Shown: positions 18,881 to 30,145, counted from the first letter of the stretch. The stretch: 64,000 nt of DNA from an uncultured Eubacteriales bacterium (GCA_902768795.1 CACXMS010000004.1:10978-74977), one strand, 5' to 3'. The notes: generated from the sequence alone by a model not told the origin. Made by a program: numbers and translations.

Positions 18881-20106
18881 TCGAGTTCCTCCAGGATCAT
18901 ATGTGCGGTCTCGTTGGCGTTTTTGCCGGAATGAATGTGAACATCCGCGGCGGCAAGATAGATCGGATAGCGTTCCGCGAAGAGCTTGCGGACGCGCTCA
19001 CGGTCGCTCGAAAGCGGCCGGTCGTCGGAAACCTTCAGTTCATCCACCGGCCGGTCGAGAAACAGCAGGACGCCGTTGGCTTTCAGCGCGCGAACGTTCT
19101 CGGGTTTCAGCACTGCGCCGCCGCCGGTCGACAGCACGACGCCGCTCTTTTGGGAAAGCTCCGCAATCACTTCCGACTCAATCGCGCGGAACGCGGCTTC
19201 GCCGTGCGCCGCAAAATAGTCCGCGATCGGCATTCCGATCCGCTCCAGAATGACCCGGTCGCTGTCGAAAAACGGACGTTCCAGCAATTCCGCAAGCCGC
19301 ATTCCGACGCGCGTCTTGCCGACGCCGGGCATTCCGATCAGCACAGGGTTGCGCTTTGCCGCAAGCGTTCTCCGATAAACGCGGTCGAGCGTCGCCGCGG
19401 GGAACGCCTCTCCCGTGAACCGCTCCGCCGCGCGAACCGCCTGCGCGACGAGCATATACAGCCCTCCCGCGGCCGGGATCTTCCGCTCCTTTGCGTCCAG
19501 AACAAGCCGCGTACAGAGCGGATGATAGATCGCGTCAAATACGCCGGTCAGATTCGAAAACCGGTCGACGTCGATCGGCGTTTCGTCCGCATGCGGAAAC
19601 ATGCCGCACGGCGTCGTATTCAGAATGACGTTCGCGTCGGTTTGGTACGCCTGTTCATAGGTCAGCGCGCCGTCTTTGCCGCTCCGGCTCACCTTGTGAA
19701 CCGACTTTGCGCCGAGCGCCGCCGCCACCGCAAAAGCCGTTTTAGAGGTGCCGCCCGTCCCGAGAATCAGGACGTTCTTTCCCTTCAGCCGTATCCCGGC
19801 GTGCGAAAGCGCCAGGCGCATCCCGTCAAAATCCGTATTGTCGCCCCAAAGCCGCCCGTTCCGGTTCACGATCGTATTCACCGCGCCGATCGCTTTCGCG
19901 CGGTCGGAAATCTCATCCAGATACGGCATCACCGTTTGCTTGTGCGGGATCGTCACGTTGATCGCGCGAAAGTCACGCCGCCGCAAAAACGTCGCAACCT
20001 CGTCGGGTTTCAACTCGCAAAGTTCATACGAATAGCGGCCGAGCGCTTCATGGATCTCTTTGGAAAAGCTGTGCCCGAGAGGGCAGCCGATCAGACCGTA
20101 CTGCAT
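18877..20106 (-). CDS. aroE/aroK: Bifunctional shikimate dehydrogenase / shikimate kinase fusion
   Basis: N-terminus MQYGLIGCPLGHSFSKEIH (AroE). C-terminus LIGMPGVGKTRVG P-loop (AroK). Start trimmed to ATG 20106 behind an AAAGGAG RBS; the track start 20166 would overlap aroC. Confidence 0.85.
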   Translation of the reverse strand: MQYGLIGCPLGHSFSKEIHEALGRYSYELCELKPDEVATFLRRRDFRAINVTIPHKQTVMPYLDEISDRAKAIGAVNTIVNRNGRLWGDNTDFDGMRLALSHAGIRLKGKNVLILGTGGTSKTAFAVAAALGAKSVHKVSRSGKDGALTYEQAYQTDANVILNTTPCGMFPHADETPIDVDRFSNLTGVFDAIYHPLCTRLVLDAKERKIPAAGGLYMLVAQAVRAAERFTGEAFPAATLDRVYRRTLAAKRNPVLIGMPGVGKTRVGMRLAELLERPFFDSDRVILERIGMPIADYFAAHGEAAFRAIESEVIAELSQKSGVVLSTGGGAVLKPENVRALKANGVLLFLDRPVDELKVSDDRPLSSDRERVRKLFAERYPIYLAAADVHIHSGKNANETAHMILEELE

Positions 20107-20147
20107 TGGACTCCTTTCTGACGGATGCACGGCGGCATAGCCGCGGA

Positions 20148-21245
20148 TTATTTTCTCTCCTTCCACCAGTCCGTTCCATAGCGACCGGTCAGAAGATCGA
20201 CCAGCACGAGCGCGGTCATGCTGTCAATGACGACGCGCGCCCGATGCACGATCGCCGGATCGTGCCGTCCCGAAAGGGAGAGAACGCGCGGCTCGTTTTT
20301 CACAAAATCGACCGTGTCCTGCGATTTGAAGATCGAAGGCGTCGGCTTGACCGCCGTGCGGAACAGGATCGGCATCCCGTTTGTGATGCCGCCATTGATT
20401 CCGCCGTTGCGGTTCGTCAGCGTCACAACGCGCCCGGCGTCCACGGTCATCGGATCGTTCGCCGCGCTGCCGCGCAGCTCCGAAATCGCAAACCCGTCGC
20501 CGAACTCCACGCCCTTGACGGCAGGGATTGCAAACAGCGCGCGGGAAAGAACGCTTTCCACGCTGTCGAACCACGGCTCCCCGACACCCGCCGGAACGCC
20601 CGTCACGACCGTTTCCAGCACGCCGCCGACGCTGTCGCCGTCCGCTGCCGCAGCCAGGATCGCCGCCTGCATCGCCTCCCCGGCCGCGTCGTCCAACACC
20701 GCAAACCGCTTTTCATTCAAAAGCGGCAGCTCGTGCGCCGGATCCGCAAAGCCGCGGTCCGCGATCCCGGCGCACCGCGCGATGTGCGTGCCGAGGTCGA
20801 TTCCTTTTTCCCGCAGCATCGTCAGCAGGATCGCGCCGGCCGCAACGATCGGAGCCGTCAGTCGGCCCGAGAAATGGCCGCCGCCGCGCGGATCGGCAAA
20901 GCCGTGATATTTGACGTAACCCGTGTAATCCGCATGCCCCGGCCGCGCGACGGTCCGGAGCGCATCGTAATCGGCGGAACGCGTCTGCGTATTCGGGATG
21001 GAAATACAAAGCGGCGTGCCAGTCGTTTTTCCTTCGTAAACGCCGCTGAGAATCTCAAAGGCGTCCGGCTCGCGCCGCGCCGTCGAGATCGCGCCGAACG
21101 GACGTCTGAGATCGAGCTGCCGTTCGATGGCTGTCCGATCGACCGGAATGCCGGGGCAAAGCCCGTCCAGCACGACACCTGTGGCGGCGCCGTGGCTCTC
21201 GCCGAACAGCGTCAGGGTGACCGCGTTGCCGATGGTGTTTTTCAT
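20148..21245 (-). CDS. aroC: Chorismate synthase
   Basis: 365 aa. LTLFGESHG, RPGHADYTG, GRHDPAIV. Confidence 0.95.
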   Translation of the reverse strand: MKNTIGNAVTLTLFGESHGAATGVVLDGLCPGIPVDRTAIERQLDLRRPFGAISTARREPDAFEILSGVYEGKTTGTPLCISIPNTQTRSADYDALRTVARPGHADYTGYVKYHGFADPRGGGHFSGRLTAPIVAAGAILLTMLREKGIDLGTHIARCAGIADRGFADPAHELPLLNEKRFAVLDDAAGEAMQAAILAAAADGDSVGGVLETVVTGVPAGVGEPWFDSVESVLSRALFAIPAVKGVEFGDGFAISELRGSAANDPMTVDAGRVVTLTNRNGGINGGITNGMPILFRTAVKPTPSIFKSQDTVDFVKNEPRVLSLSGRHDPAIVHRARVVIDSMTALVLVDLLTGRYGTDWWKERK

Positions 21246-22261
21246 GCAGGGTTCCTCCGTATGACCGTTTCGATGCGCGCGCGCAGCGCTTCGGGCCGGA
21301 CGGTCTCGATCCGGTAGGAACCGATTTCGTCCGAAAAGACTGCCGCAACACCGTTTTCGGTGGATTTCTTGTCATGCAGCATCGCCGCGTAGACCGCTTC
21401 CGGATCCAGATCCGCCGCAGTCGGCAGGCCGAGCCGCTTTAATACGGGCAGCAGCCGCGCGCGGACCTTGTCCGAGCACATCGGCAGCATCCCGATCGCA
21501 ACACACTCTCCGTGATGCAGCGCGCCGCCCGCGGCGCTTTCGATCCCGTGTCCGATCGTATGCCCGAAATTCAATACGCGCCGTAAATCCTGTTCCTTCT
21601 CATCCCGCTCGACGACGTCGCGCTTGAGCGTGACCGCGCGGGCAATGATTGCGTCGATCTTCGAAAGCGGATCGCCGTTCTCGAATTCTGTAAAGAACGC
21701 CGCGTCGAATGTCACAGCCATCTTGACCGCCTCGCCGAGCCCGCTTGCGATCTGCCGCGGCGGGAGCGTAGCGAGCGTTTCCGGATCGATCACGACCGCT
21801 TTCGGGCGGTAAAACGCGCCGACGATGTTTTTCACGCCGCCGAGGTTGATCGCCGTCTTGCCGCCGACCGAAGCGTCCACCTCGGAAAGCACGGTCGTCG
21901 GGACGGCGTAAAAGTCGATCCCGCGCATATAGGTCGCCGCCGCAAAGCCCGCCAGATCGCTGACGACCCCGCCGCCGACGGAAACCACGCAGTCCTTCCG
22001 CGAAAAGCCGCGTTCGAGCATGTCCGTAAGCAGCCGCTCGAGCACGGCGAACGACTTGCTGCCCTCGCCCTGCGGCACGACCGCAAGATACGGCTCCCTG
22101 CACGCAGCAAAAACCGCTTCGGCATACCGGGCCGGTACGCCGTCGTCGGTGACGATCAGCACCTTGCGATCCAGGCGGCAAAGCGTGCCGACGCGCCGCA
22201 GCGCGCCGCGCTCGACCGTGACCGTATAACCGTCGTTTCCGAACCGAACCGGAATCTCCAT
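21242..22261 (-). CDS. aroB: 3-dehydroquinate synthase
   Basis: 339 aa. GGGVVSDLAGFAAATYMRGI, NFGHTIGHGIE. Confidence 0.9.
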   Translation of the reverse strand: MEIPVRFGNDGYTVTVERGALRRVGTLCRLDRKVLIVTDDGVPARYAEAVFAACREPYLAVVPQGEGSKSFAVLERLLTDMLERGFSRKDCVVSVGGGVVSDLAGFAAATYMRGIDFYAVPTTVLSEVDASVGGKTAINLGGVKNIVGAFYRPKAVVIDPETLATLPPRQIASGLGEAVKMAVTFDAAFFTEFENGDPLSKIDAIIARAVTLKRDVVERDEKEQDLRRVLNFGHTIGHGIESAAGGALHHGECVAIGMLPMCSDKVRARLLPVLKRLGLPTAADLDPEAVYAAMLHDKKSTENGVAAVFSDEIGSYRIETVRPEALRARIETVIRRNPA

Positions 22262-22401
22262 ATCTGCTCCTTTTGCGGCATGACCGTATATTTACCTATT
22301 ATAACTATTTAACGCTATCACCGAACGGCCAAAAAGTCAAGTGGATTTTCATTCGGCACGCTTTCCTGCCGTTTTTTCGCCGCGCACAGGCAAAAAAGGG
22401 C

Positions 22402-22430
22402 TTGCCACGCGGGTTTTTTTCGGCTACAAT
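22402..22430 (+). promoter_or_regulatory. proS promoter
   Basis: TTGCCA, 17 nt, TACAAT, 29 nt upstream of ATG 22459. Confidence 0.55.
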
Positions 22431-22458
22431 AGGGGGCAGAATTGACGGAGGTTGCGAT

Positions 22459-24198
22459 ATGAAAGTCAGTCAGCTTTTGGGCGAACGGTTTAAGGAACGC
22501 GCGTTTGAGATCGAAAGTCAGAATCTTATGACGCGCGGCGGATATATGAAGCTCGTCGGCAACGGCATTTATTCGCTGTTCACGCCGACCAAGCGAATTC
22601 AGAACAAGATCGAACAGATCCTGCGTGAGGAAATGGACGCGATCGACGGACAGGAGGTCCTGTTCCCGGTCGTCATGCCCGCTTCGATCTGGCAGCAGTC
22701 CGGTCGCTGGAATTCGATCGGCAAGGAGCTGCTGCGATTCAAGGACCGCAGCGGCGCGGATATGGTTCTCGGCATGACGCACGAGGAGGCCGCGGTACAC
22801 ATGGCGATGAACGTTGCCGGCACGTATCAGAAGTACCCGTTCATGATCTATCAGATCCAGACCAAGTTCCGCGACGAGCCGCGCGCCCGCGGCGGTCTGA
22901 TCCGCGTCCGCGAATTCACGATGAAGGACGCTTATTCGTTCCACACCTCGCAGGAGGATCTGGAAGCATACTATCAGCGCGCTTACCGCGCTTATGAGCG
23001 CATCTATGCGCGCGCCGGCGTACCCGAGGTCGTCGCCGTCAAGTCCGACAGCGGCATGATGGGCGGCAAGGTCAGCCATGAATTCATGCTGCTCTGCGAC
23101 ATCGGCGAGGATTCGATCGTCACCTGCCCCGAATGCGGCTACCGTGCGAACATGGAAGCGGCCGAAACGCTCGTTTCGAACGAAAAGGGCGAAACGCCGC
23201 TGCCGCTCGAGGAAGTCTTTACCGGCGACGCCAAGACGATCGAAGACGTCTGCGCGCTTTTGAAGAGCGACGCGAAAAAGTCGTGCAAGGCCGTTGTGTA
23301 CCAGCGCAACGCGGACGACAGCTATGTGCTGATCTTCACGCGCGGCGATCTCGAAATCAACGAAACGAAGCTCACGAATTTCCTGAAGGCGGAAGTGCAC
23401 CCCGCCGCGGATATCGATCAGGCGAATCTTGCCGCGGGCAACATCGGTCCGGTGCGGCTCGAAACGAGCGCGACCGTTCTGTTCGACCGTTCGATTGCGG
23501 ACGCGGAGAACCTCGTTTGCGGCGCAAACCGCGCGGAATACCATTTCACCGGCTTCACGCCCGCGCGCGATCTGCCGGAAGACACCGAATACATCGATCT
23601 GTCCAAAACGCAGACCGGGTTCGAATGTCCGAATTGCCATCGGCACAGCTTAAAGGTCAGCCGCGGCATCGAGGTCGGCAACATCTTCCAGCTCGGCAAG
23701 CGCTATTCCGAAGCGATGGGCATGACCTACGACGATCCGAACGGCAACCGCGTCAACCCGATCATGGGCTGCTACGGCATCGGCGTCGGGCGATTGATCG
23801 CCTCCGTCTGCGAGGTGCGGCATGACGATTACGGCCCGATCTGGCCGATCACGATCGCGCCGTGGCAGGTCGAGGTCTGCGCGCTCCGCATCGACAACCC
23901 TGCCGTCCGGGAAGCCGCCGACCTGCTCTATCGGGAACTGACCGACGCCGGCGTCGAAGCGCTGTACGACGACCGCCCCGTCTCCGCGGGCGTGCTGTTC
24001 TCCGACGCGGACCTGCTCGGCGCGCCGATCCGTGTGGTCGTCAGCCCCAAGACGCTTTCCCGCGGCTGCTTCGAGCTTTCCGCGCGCGACAAGTCGTTCC
24101 GCGAGGACATCGACCCCAAATTCGCGGTCTCCGAAGTGTTCCGCAAGATTGCCGAGCTCACCGCCGCGATCAACGCGAAGGTGCCTGCGCGCCTGTAA
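22459..24198 (+). CDS. proS: Proline--tRNA ligase (bacterial type with INS editing domain)
   Basis: Track ORF trimmed to MKVSQLLGERFKE behind a GACGGAGG RBS. Class II motifs FRDEPRARGGLIRVREFTMKD and GCYGIGVGRL. Confidence 0.9.
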   Translation: MKVSQLLGERFKERAFEIESQNLMTRGGYMKLVGNGIYSLFTPTKRIQNKIEQILREEMDAIDGQEVLFPVVMPASIWQQSGRWNSIGKELLRFKDRSGADMVLGMTHEEAAVHMAMNVAGTYQKYPFMIYQIQTKFRDEPRARGGLIRVREFTMKDAYSFHTSQEDLEAYYQRAYRAYERIYARAGVPEVVAVKSDSGMMGGKVSHEFMLLCDIGEDSIVTCPECGYRANMEAAETLVSNEKGETPLPLEEVFTGDAKTIEDVCALLKSDAKKSCKAVVYQRNADDSYVLIFTRGDLEINETKLTNFLKAEVHPAADIDQANLAAGNIGPVRLETSATVLFDRSIADAENLVCGANRAEYHFTGFTPARDLPEDTEYIDLSKTQTGFECPNCHRHSLKVSRGIEVGNIFQLGKRYSEAMGMTYDDPNGNRVNPIMGCYGIGVGRLIASVCEVRHDDYGPIWPITIAPWQVEVCALRIDNPAVREAADLLYRELTDAGVEALYDDRPVSAGVLFSDADLLGAPIRVVVSPKTLSRGCFELSARDKSFREDIDPKFAVSEVFRKIAELTAAINAKVPARL

Positions 24199-24223
24199 AC
24201 ACATTCCCCCGTTTTCTTCCTCT

Positions 24224-24260
24224 GCACCGCTGCGGTTTTTGCCGGAAGCGGTGCTTTTTT
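24224..24260 (+). terminator. Rho-independent terminator after proS
   Basis: GCACCGC..GCGGTGC stem followed by TTTTTT. Confidence 0.75.
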
Positions 24261-24291
24261 ACAAAAATTTGAAACTTAACAAAAATTCTAA

Positions 24292-24320
24292 TTCCATTTT
24301 GGCGACGGATGTGTTATGAT
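24292..24320 (+). promoter_or_regulatory. Candidate glg operon promoter (extended -10)
   Basis: Weak -35 TTCCAT, 17 nt, TATGAT, with TG one base before the -10, in an AT-rich spacer. Confidence 0.35.
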
Positions 24321-24403
24321 ATTTATGGAAAAATGTTGAAGCAGTCCTGCGGCATTTTCCGGATTCCGCGCCAACGGAAAATTCACCATAATAAGAGGTC
24401 GAA

Positions 24404-26266
24404 ATGTCAAACTTGACGGAGCTGGAGCTCTACTATTTCAACGAGGGAACGTCAACGACGCCGTACAAGGCCCTCGGTTGTCACCGCGTAGAACAAAACG
24501 GAATCCCGATGTGGCGATTCTCCGTCTGGGCACCGAGCGCAAAGCGCGTCGCCGTCGTCGGAGATTGGAACAGCTGGAACGATACCGCCGATCTGATGAC
24601 GCCGATCGGAAGCACCGGCGTCTGGGAATGCTGCATCGGCATTGCCAGGGAGCAGATGCTCTATAAATACTCCATTCTCGGCGCGGATAACGTGACGGTC
24701 TGGAAGGCCGATCCCTACGCTGTGCGCGTCGAACCGAACGGCTCGGCCTCCATGGTATGGGAGTGCGGCGAATACCCCTGGACGGACGGAGAATGGCTGG
24801 AAAAGCAAACGAACCGGCACACGCAGCCGATGAACATTTACGAGGTGCATCTCGGCTCCTGGAAGAAAGGGCTTTCGTACCGCGAGCTCGGCGACGAGCT
24901 GGTCGATTACGCCGTCGATATGGGGTATTCCCACATCGAGGTCATGCCGCTGATGGCGTATCCTTACGGGCCGAGCTGGGGATACCAGGTGACCGGCTAC
25001 TACGCGCCGACCGCGCGTTACGGCACGCCGGACGAGCTCAAGTATCTCGTCAACCGCGCGCACGAAAAAGGGCTCGGCGTCATCATGGACTGGGTTCCGG
25101 CGCACTTTACGCGCGATGCGTACGGCCTTGCCCGGTTCGACGGAACGCCGCTGTACGAGCATCCCGATCCCCGCAAGTCCGATATGAAGCAGTGGGGCAC
25201 GCTGCTGTTCGACTACGGCCGGACGCAAGTGAAGAGCTTTTTGATCGGCAGCGCGGTCTACTGGCTGAAGGAGTTCCATTTCGACGGACTGCGCGTGGAC
25301 GCTGTTTCGTGTATGCTGTATCTCGATTACGGCCGCAACGACGGCGAATGGATCCCGAACTGCTTCGGCGGACGCGAAAATCTTGACGCGATCGCGCTGT
25401 TCAAGCGGCTCGGCGAGGTCATTCACGGTATGCCCGGCGGCAAGATGCTGATCGCCGAGGAGAGCACGGCGTTCCCGCACGTAACGGACCAGAACGGCGA
25501 TTCGCTCGGGTTCGATTACAAGTGGAACATGGGCTGGATGAACGATACCCTCTCCTATATGGGCATGGACTCGCTCTATCGCAAGTGGCACCATGACAAG
25601 CTGACGTTCTCCCTGATGTACGCGTTTTCCGAGCATTACATCCTGCCGTTCTCCCACGACGAAGTCGTCCACGGCAAGCTGTCGATGCTGAATAAGATGC
25701 CCGGCGATTACTGGCAGAAATTCGCGCAGCTCCGCCTTCTGTACGCCTATCAGTTCGCGCATCCGGGCAAAAAGCTCACGTTCATGGGCATGGAGCTCGG
25801 CCAGTTCATCGAATGGCGGTTCGACGATTCGCTCGACTGGCTGCTGCTCGAATATCCGAAGCATGTTGAAATGCAGCGTTTTGTACGCGAGCTGAACCAC
25901 TTCTATCACGATACGCCGGCGCTTTATGAGCGCGACGACGAGTGGCAGGGCTTTGACTGGGTCGTCGTCGACGACACGGTGCATTCGGTCTGCTCCTTCA
26001 TCCGGCGCGACAAGGCCGGAAACGTGCTGCTTTGCGCTTACAACTTTACGCCCGTCCCGTGGGACGATTACCGCATGGGCAGCGAGCGCGGCGGCGTTTA
26101 CACCGAAGTATTCAATACCGACGAGCCGCGCTTCGGCGGCACGAACAATTATCATAACGGCACGGTTTCTACTGTGAACGAACAGCAGGGCCGCTTCGCG
26201 CAGTCTGTTCATCTGAAACTACCGCCTTACGGCGCTGTTTATCTATCGTTCATCCCAAATCCATAA
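24404..26266 (+). CDS. glgB: 1,4-alpha-glucan branching enzyme
   Basis: 620 aa. GH13 motifs [32 protein letters not shown]. Confidence 0.95.
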   Translation: MSNLTELELYYFNEGTSTTPYKALGCHRVEQNGIPMWRFSVWAPSAKRVAVVGDWNSWNDTADLMTPIGSTGVWECCIGIAREQMLYKYSILGADNVTVWKADPYAVRVEPNGSASMVWECGEYPWTDGEWLEKQTNRHTQPMNIYEVHLGSWKKGLSYRELGDELVDYAVDMGYSHIEVMPLMAYPYGPSWGYQVTGYYAPTARYGTPDELKYLVNRAHEKGLGVIMDWVPAHFTRDAYGLARFDGTPLYEHPDPRKSDMKQWGTLLFDYGRTQVKSFLIGSAVYWLKEFHFDGLRVDAVSCMLYLDYGRNDGEWIPNCFGGRENLDAIALFKRLGEVIHGMPGGKMLIAEESTAFPHVTDQNGDSLGFDYKWNMGWMNDTLSYMGMDSLYRKWHHDKLTFSLMYAFSEHYILPFSHDEVVHGKLSMLNKMPGDYWQKFAQLRLLYAYQFAHPGKKLTFMGMELGQFIEWRFDDSLDWLLLEYPKHVEMQRFVRELNHFYHDTPALYERDDEWQGFDWVVVDDTVHSVCSFIRRDKAGNVLLCAYNFTPVPWDDYRMGSERGGVYTEVFNTDEPRFGGTNNYHNGTVSTVNEQQGRFAQSVHLKLPPYGAVYLSFIPNP

Positions 26267-26285
26267 AGGCGAAAAGGAGACTGCT

Positions 26286-27515
26286 ATGAAGAAAAAAATT
26301 GTTGCCATGCTGCTTGCGGGCGGCCAGGGCAGCCGTCTCGGCATCCTGACCTCTCACATGGCGAAGCCGGCCGTACCGTTCGGCGGAAAGTACCGCATCA
26401 TTGACTTTCCGCTTTCCAACTGCGTCAATTCCGACATCGACACCGTCGGCGTTTTGACGCAGTACCGGCCGCTTGCGTTGAACGCCTACCTCGGAACCGG
26501 CCAACACTGGGATCTCGACCGCAGCAGCGGCGGCGTCTTTGTGCTGCCTCCTTACATGACCGAAAAAGACGGCCGCTGGTACAGCGGAACCGCGAACGCG
26601 ATCTGGCAGAACCGCGAGTTCATCGATCAGTACGATGCGGAATACGTGCTGATTCTCTCGGGCGACCACATCTACAAGATGGACTACCATAAGATGCTGC
26701 AGTTCCACATCCAGAACCGCGCGGCGGCGACGATCGCGGTCTTTCGCGTACCGCTTGCCGAGGCGCACCGCTTTGGCATCATGAACACGGACGAAAAGAA
26801 CAACATCACTTCGTTCGAGGAAAAACCGAAAAACCCCAAGAGCGGCAACGCTTCGATGGGCATTTACATCTTCAACTGGAAAACGCTCCGCCGCTATATG
26901 GAGAAGGACGACGGCGATCCCGCTTCCGAAAACGACTTCGGCAAGAACATCATTCCCGCCATGCTGAACGCGGGCGAAAAGATGATCGCCTATCCGTTCG
27001 ACGGATACTGGAAAGACGTCGGAACGATCACGAGTCTCTGGGAAGCGAACATGGACATGCTCGGCAACCCGCCGGTGCTCGATCTGAACGATCCGAAATG
27101 GCGCATCTATACGCATAACCTCGCGCTGCCGCCGCACTATATGGACCGCACCGCAAAGGTCTCCGACAGTCTTGTGACCGAAGGAAGCGTCGTCCGCGGC
27201 GTTGTGAAGCATTCCGTGCTGTTCGCCGGCGCGCATGAGGACATCTATACCGAGATCACCGATTCCGTCGTGTTCCCGAACGCCATGATCGGCAAGAACT
27301 GCACCGTGAAGAAGGCGATCATCGGTGAAAACGTTGTGATCGGCGACGGCTGCACGATCGGCGGGCCGCTCCGCGAGGGCGAAACGGTCGACAACCGGCT
27401 GACGGACGATATTACCCTGATCGGCAACGATGTCACGATCCCCGCCGGAACCTATATTCCGCAGGGCGCCGTCGTCAACGCCGATACGCTCCATCTGTTC
27501 ACAAAGGAGGCCTGA
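26286..27515 (+). CDS. glgC: Glucose-1-phosphate adenylyltransferase
   Basis: 409 aa. [26 protein letters not shown]. Confidence 0.95.
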   Translation: MKKKIVAMLLAGGQGSRLGILTSHMAKPAVPFGGKYRIIDFPLSNCVNSDIDTVGVLTQYRPLALNAYLGTGQHWDLDRSSGGVFVLPPYMTEKDGRWYSGTANAIWQNREFIDQYDAEYVLILSGDHIYKMDYHKMLQFHIQNRAAATIAVFRVPLAEAHRFGIMNTDEKNNITSFEEKPKNPKSGNASMGIYIFNWKTLRRYMEKDDGDPASENDFGKNIIPAMLNAGEKMIAYPFDGYWKDVGTITSLWEANMDMLGNPPVLDLNDPKWRIYTHNLALPPHYMDRTAKVSDSLVTEGSVVRGVVKHSVLFAGAHEDIYTEITDSVVFPNAMIGKNCTVKKAIIGENVVIGDGCTIGGPLREGETVDNRLTDDITLIGNDVTIPAGTYIPQGAVVNADTLHLFTKEA

Positions 27516-27518
27516 CGT

Positions 27519-28643
27519 ATGATCCACGATACCTTTGCTCTCATCTATACGGGCGACAACAACCCCCTGCTCCGCGAGTTGACGCTGTCCCGCTCCGTGG
27601 CAGCCGTACCGTTCGGCGGACGCTACCGCTGCATTGACTTTATCCTCAGCGATATCGTCAATTCCGGCATCAACAACGTCGGCGTGATCATGCAGAAGAA
27701 CTACCACTCCCTGATGGACCATCTCGGATCCGGCAAGGAATGGGACCTCAACCGCAAGCATGACGGTATGTTCATCCTCCCGCCCTTTATGACGAAGGAC
27801 AACACCGGCGTCTTCCGCGGCGACATCGAAGCGATCCATTCGGTCATCACCTATATCCGCCGCAGCCCGCAGAAATACGTGCTGTTCAGCGGCGCGCACA
27901 CGATCTTCAACACCACGTTTGAGGACATGCTGATTCACCACATCTCGACCGGCGCGGATATCACGATCATGTACAACAACGAACCGCATTTCTCCGCCGA
28001 GGATCAGAACCGCGACCTGCGGCTGATCATGCGGGAGGACGAACGGGTTCTGGAAATGGAGTGGAATCCTTACCGCCCGCGCACGAACGCGCGTTCGTGC
28101 GACGCGATGATCATGGAAAAGAAGCTTCTGGAGTACCTGATCGAAGAAGCGTACGCGCGCGGCGATTCCGACTTTACGCGCGATATCCTGCAGCGGCTCT
28201 GCGGCACGCTGAAGATTTTCGGCTGGCGCTACGACGGCTATGTGGCGCGGCTTGACTCGATCAACACCTACTATAAGTGCAGCATGGACATGCTGAACGT
28301 CAACTACGCGCGCGATCTCTACAAGCACGACACGCCGATCGTTACGAAGGTCAAGGATCAGCTCTCCGCCAAGTACGGCCCGAACGCGGACGTTTCCAAC
28401 TCGATGCTCGCGGACGGCTGCAACATTGACGGCGCAGTTTCCGATTCGATCCTGTTCCGCGGCGTCACCGTCGCCGAGGGCGCAAAGGTCACCAACAGCA
28501 TCCTGCTGCAGGGATCCACGGTCGGCGCGGGCGCCGTGCTCGACCATGTGATCTGCGACAAAAACTGCGTGATCCGGCCCGGCCGCTCGCTGATCGGCTA
28601 CGAAAACTTCCCGATCGTATTGAAAAAAGGTCAGACGGTCTGA
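27519..28643 (+). CDS. glgD: Glucose-1-phosphate adenylyltransferase regulatory subunit
   Basis: 374 aa paralogue of GlgC lacking the GGxGxR motif (VAAVPFGGRYRCIDF). Canonical position after glgC. Confidence 0.85.
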   Translation: MIHDTFALIYTGDNNPLLRELTLSRSVAAVPFGGRYRCIDFILSDIVNSGINNVGVIMQKNYHSLMDHLGSGKEWDLNRKHDGMFILPPFMTKDNTGVFRGDIEAIHSVITYIRRSPQKYVLFSGAHTIFNTTFEDMLIHHISTGADITIMYNNEPHFSAEDQNRDLRLIMREDERVLEMEWNPYRPRTNARSCDAMIMEKKLLEYLIEEAYARGDSDFTRDILQRLCGTLKIFGWRYDGYVARLDSINTYYKCSMDMLNVNYARDLYKHDTPIVTKVKDQLSAKYGPNADVSNSMLADGCNIDGAVSDSILFRGVTVAEGAKVTNSILLQGSTVGAGAVLDHVICDKNCVIRPGRSLIGYENFPIVLKKGQTV

Positions 28644-28672
28644 CCGTAAAACGCAACATAAAGGAGAACCGC

Positions 28673-30145
28673 ATGAAAGTACTGTTTTGTGCAAGCGAAT
28701 GCTTCCCGTTCGTGAAGACCGGCGGGCTTGCCGACGTTGTCGGTTCGCTTCCGAAGGAGCTTCTGAAACAGGACTGTGACGTCCGCGTCATGATCCCGAA
28801 ATACCGCGTGATCGACTGGTCGTATATTACCGCGATGGAGCACATCTGTCATTTCCAGCTCCCGTTCGGAGACGGCAGTGTTTTCTGCGGGATCGACTCG
28901 CTGGAATATGAGGGCGTTCGCTTCTATTTTATCGACAACCTTGCGATGTTCGGACACGACGGCGTTTACACGGGCGACGAGCAGGAGGGCTACCGCTATG
29001 CGTTCTTCTGCCGCGCAGTGCTCGACGCGCTGCCGAAAGTCGATTTCTTCCCCGACGTGATCCACTGCAACGACTGGCAGACCGGCCTGATTCCCGCGCT
29101 GCTGAAGATGCAGTATGCCAACGATCCGGATTACGCGAAGATCAAGACGGTCTACACGATCCACAACCTCCGGTTCCAGGGGCTCTACCGCTGGGATCGG
29201 ATCTCCTCCGTGCTGCATCTCGACGGTCGGTATTTCACGCCCGACGGGCTTGAATTCTACGGTCTGCTGTCGTTCATGAAGGGCGGTATCATCTACGCCG
29301 ACCGCATCACGACGGTCAGCCCGACGTATGCCCGGGAGATTTGCATGGAATACTACGGCGAACGGCTCGACGGCCTGCTCCGTGCGCGCAGCTACTCGCT
29401 GTCCGGCATTCTGAACGGCATCGACACGCAATCCTACAACCCGGCGACCGACCCCGCGCTGCCGGAGCATTACAGCATCCGCAACCCGCGCGTCAAAAAG
29501 TCCATCAAGACGGCGCTGCAAAAGGAGCTGGGGCTTGCCGAGCGCGACGTTCCGATGCTTTCGATCGTTTCACGTCTGACCGATCAGAAGGGGCTCGACC
29601 TGATCGCCTGCGTGCTGAACGAGATCCTCTCGCTCGACGTGCAGTTTGTGATCGTCGGTCTCGGCGAGCAGCGTTATACGGATATGCTGCGCGACGCGCA
29701 GCGCCGTCACCCCGGCGCGGTCGTGCTGTGCAGCGTGCTCGATGAAAAGCTCGCCCGCCGCGTTTACGCCGCGTCCGACCTGTACCTGATGCCGAGCCAG
29801 TTCGAGCCGTGCGGTCTGAGCCAGATGATCGCCATGCGGTACGGCACGATCCCCGTCGTGCGCGAAACCGGCGGCCTCAAGGATTCCGTTCTCCCGTACA
29901 ACAAGTACACCGACGAGGGCACGGGCTTCTGCTTTATGAACTACAACGCGCACGAGATGCTGTATCAGATCGAAGACGCCGTGCGCTACTGGCGCAACGA
30001 TCCCGCCATGTGGAACCGCCTCGTGCATCGCGCGATGAAGGAGGACTTCAGCTGGAAGGCCTCCGCAAAGAAATATCTTGCGCTCTATAAAGAAATGCTC
30101 GGCCTTTCCCCTCGCGCCCGCAAGAAGGCGCCTGTGCAGGCATGA
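28673..30145 (+). CDS. glgA: Glycogen synthase (ADP-glucose type)
   Basis: 490 aa. MKVLFCASECFPFVKTGGLADVVGSLP, PSQFEPCGLSQM. Confidence 0.95.
   Translation: MKVLFCASECFPFVKTGGLADVVGSLPKELLKQDCDVRVMIPKYRVIDWSYITAMEHICHFQLPFGDGSVFCGIDSLEYEGVRFYFIDNLAMFGHDGVYTGDEQEGYRYAFFCRAVLDALPKVDFFPDVIHCNDWQTGLIPALLKMQYANDPDYAKIKTVYTIHNLRFQGLYRWDRISSVLHLDGRYFTPDGLEFYGLLSFMKGGIIYADRITTVSPTYAREICMEYYGERLDGLLRARSYSLSGILNGIDTQSYNPATDPALPEHYSIRNPRVKKSIKTALQKELGLAERDVPMLSIVSRLTDQKGLDLIACVLNEILSLDVQFVIVGLGEQRYTDMLRDAQRRHPGAVVLCSVLDEKLARRVYAASDLYLMPSQFEPCGLSQMIAMRYGTIPVVRETGGLKDSVLPYNKYTDEGTGFCFMNYNAHEMLYQIEDAVRYWRNDPAMWNRLVHRAMKEDFSWKASAKKYLALYKEMLGLSPRARKKAPVQA

Noticed and set aside
22262-22458. Possible T-box leader upstream of proS, and the 62-codon N-terminal extension in the track (start 22273)
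   Set aside because: The region is under 200 nt and holds a plausible promoter at 22402-22430. I see no T-box sequence (..GGTGGTACCGCG..) or specifier-loop architecture. The extension has no RBS and reads through the promoter.
24452-28694. ORFs 24452-26212 (586 aa) and 26250-28694 (814 aa), antisense to glgB/glgC/glgD
   Set aside because: Antisense to strongly recognisable glycogen genes. No RBS and no motif support.
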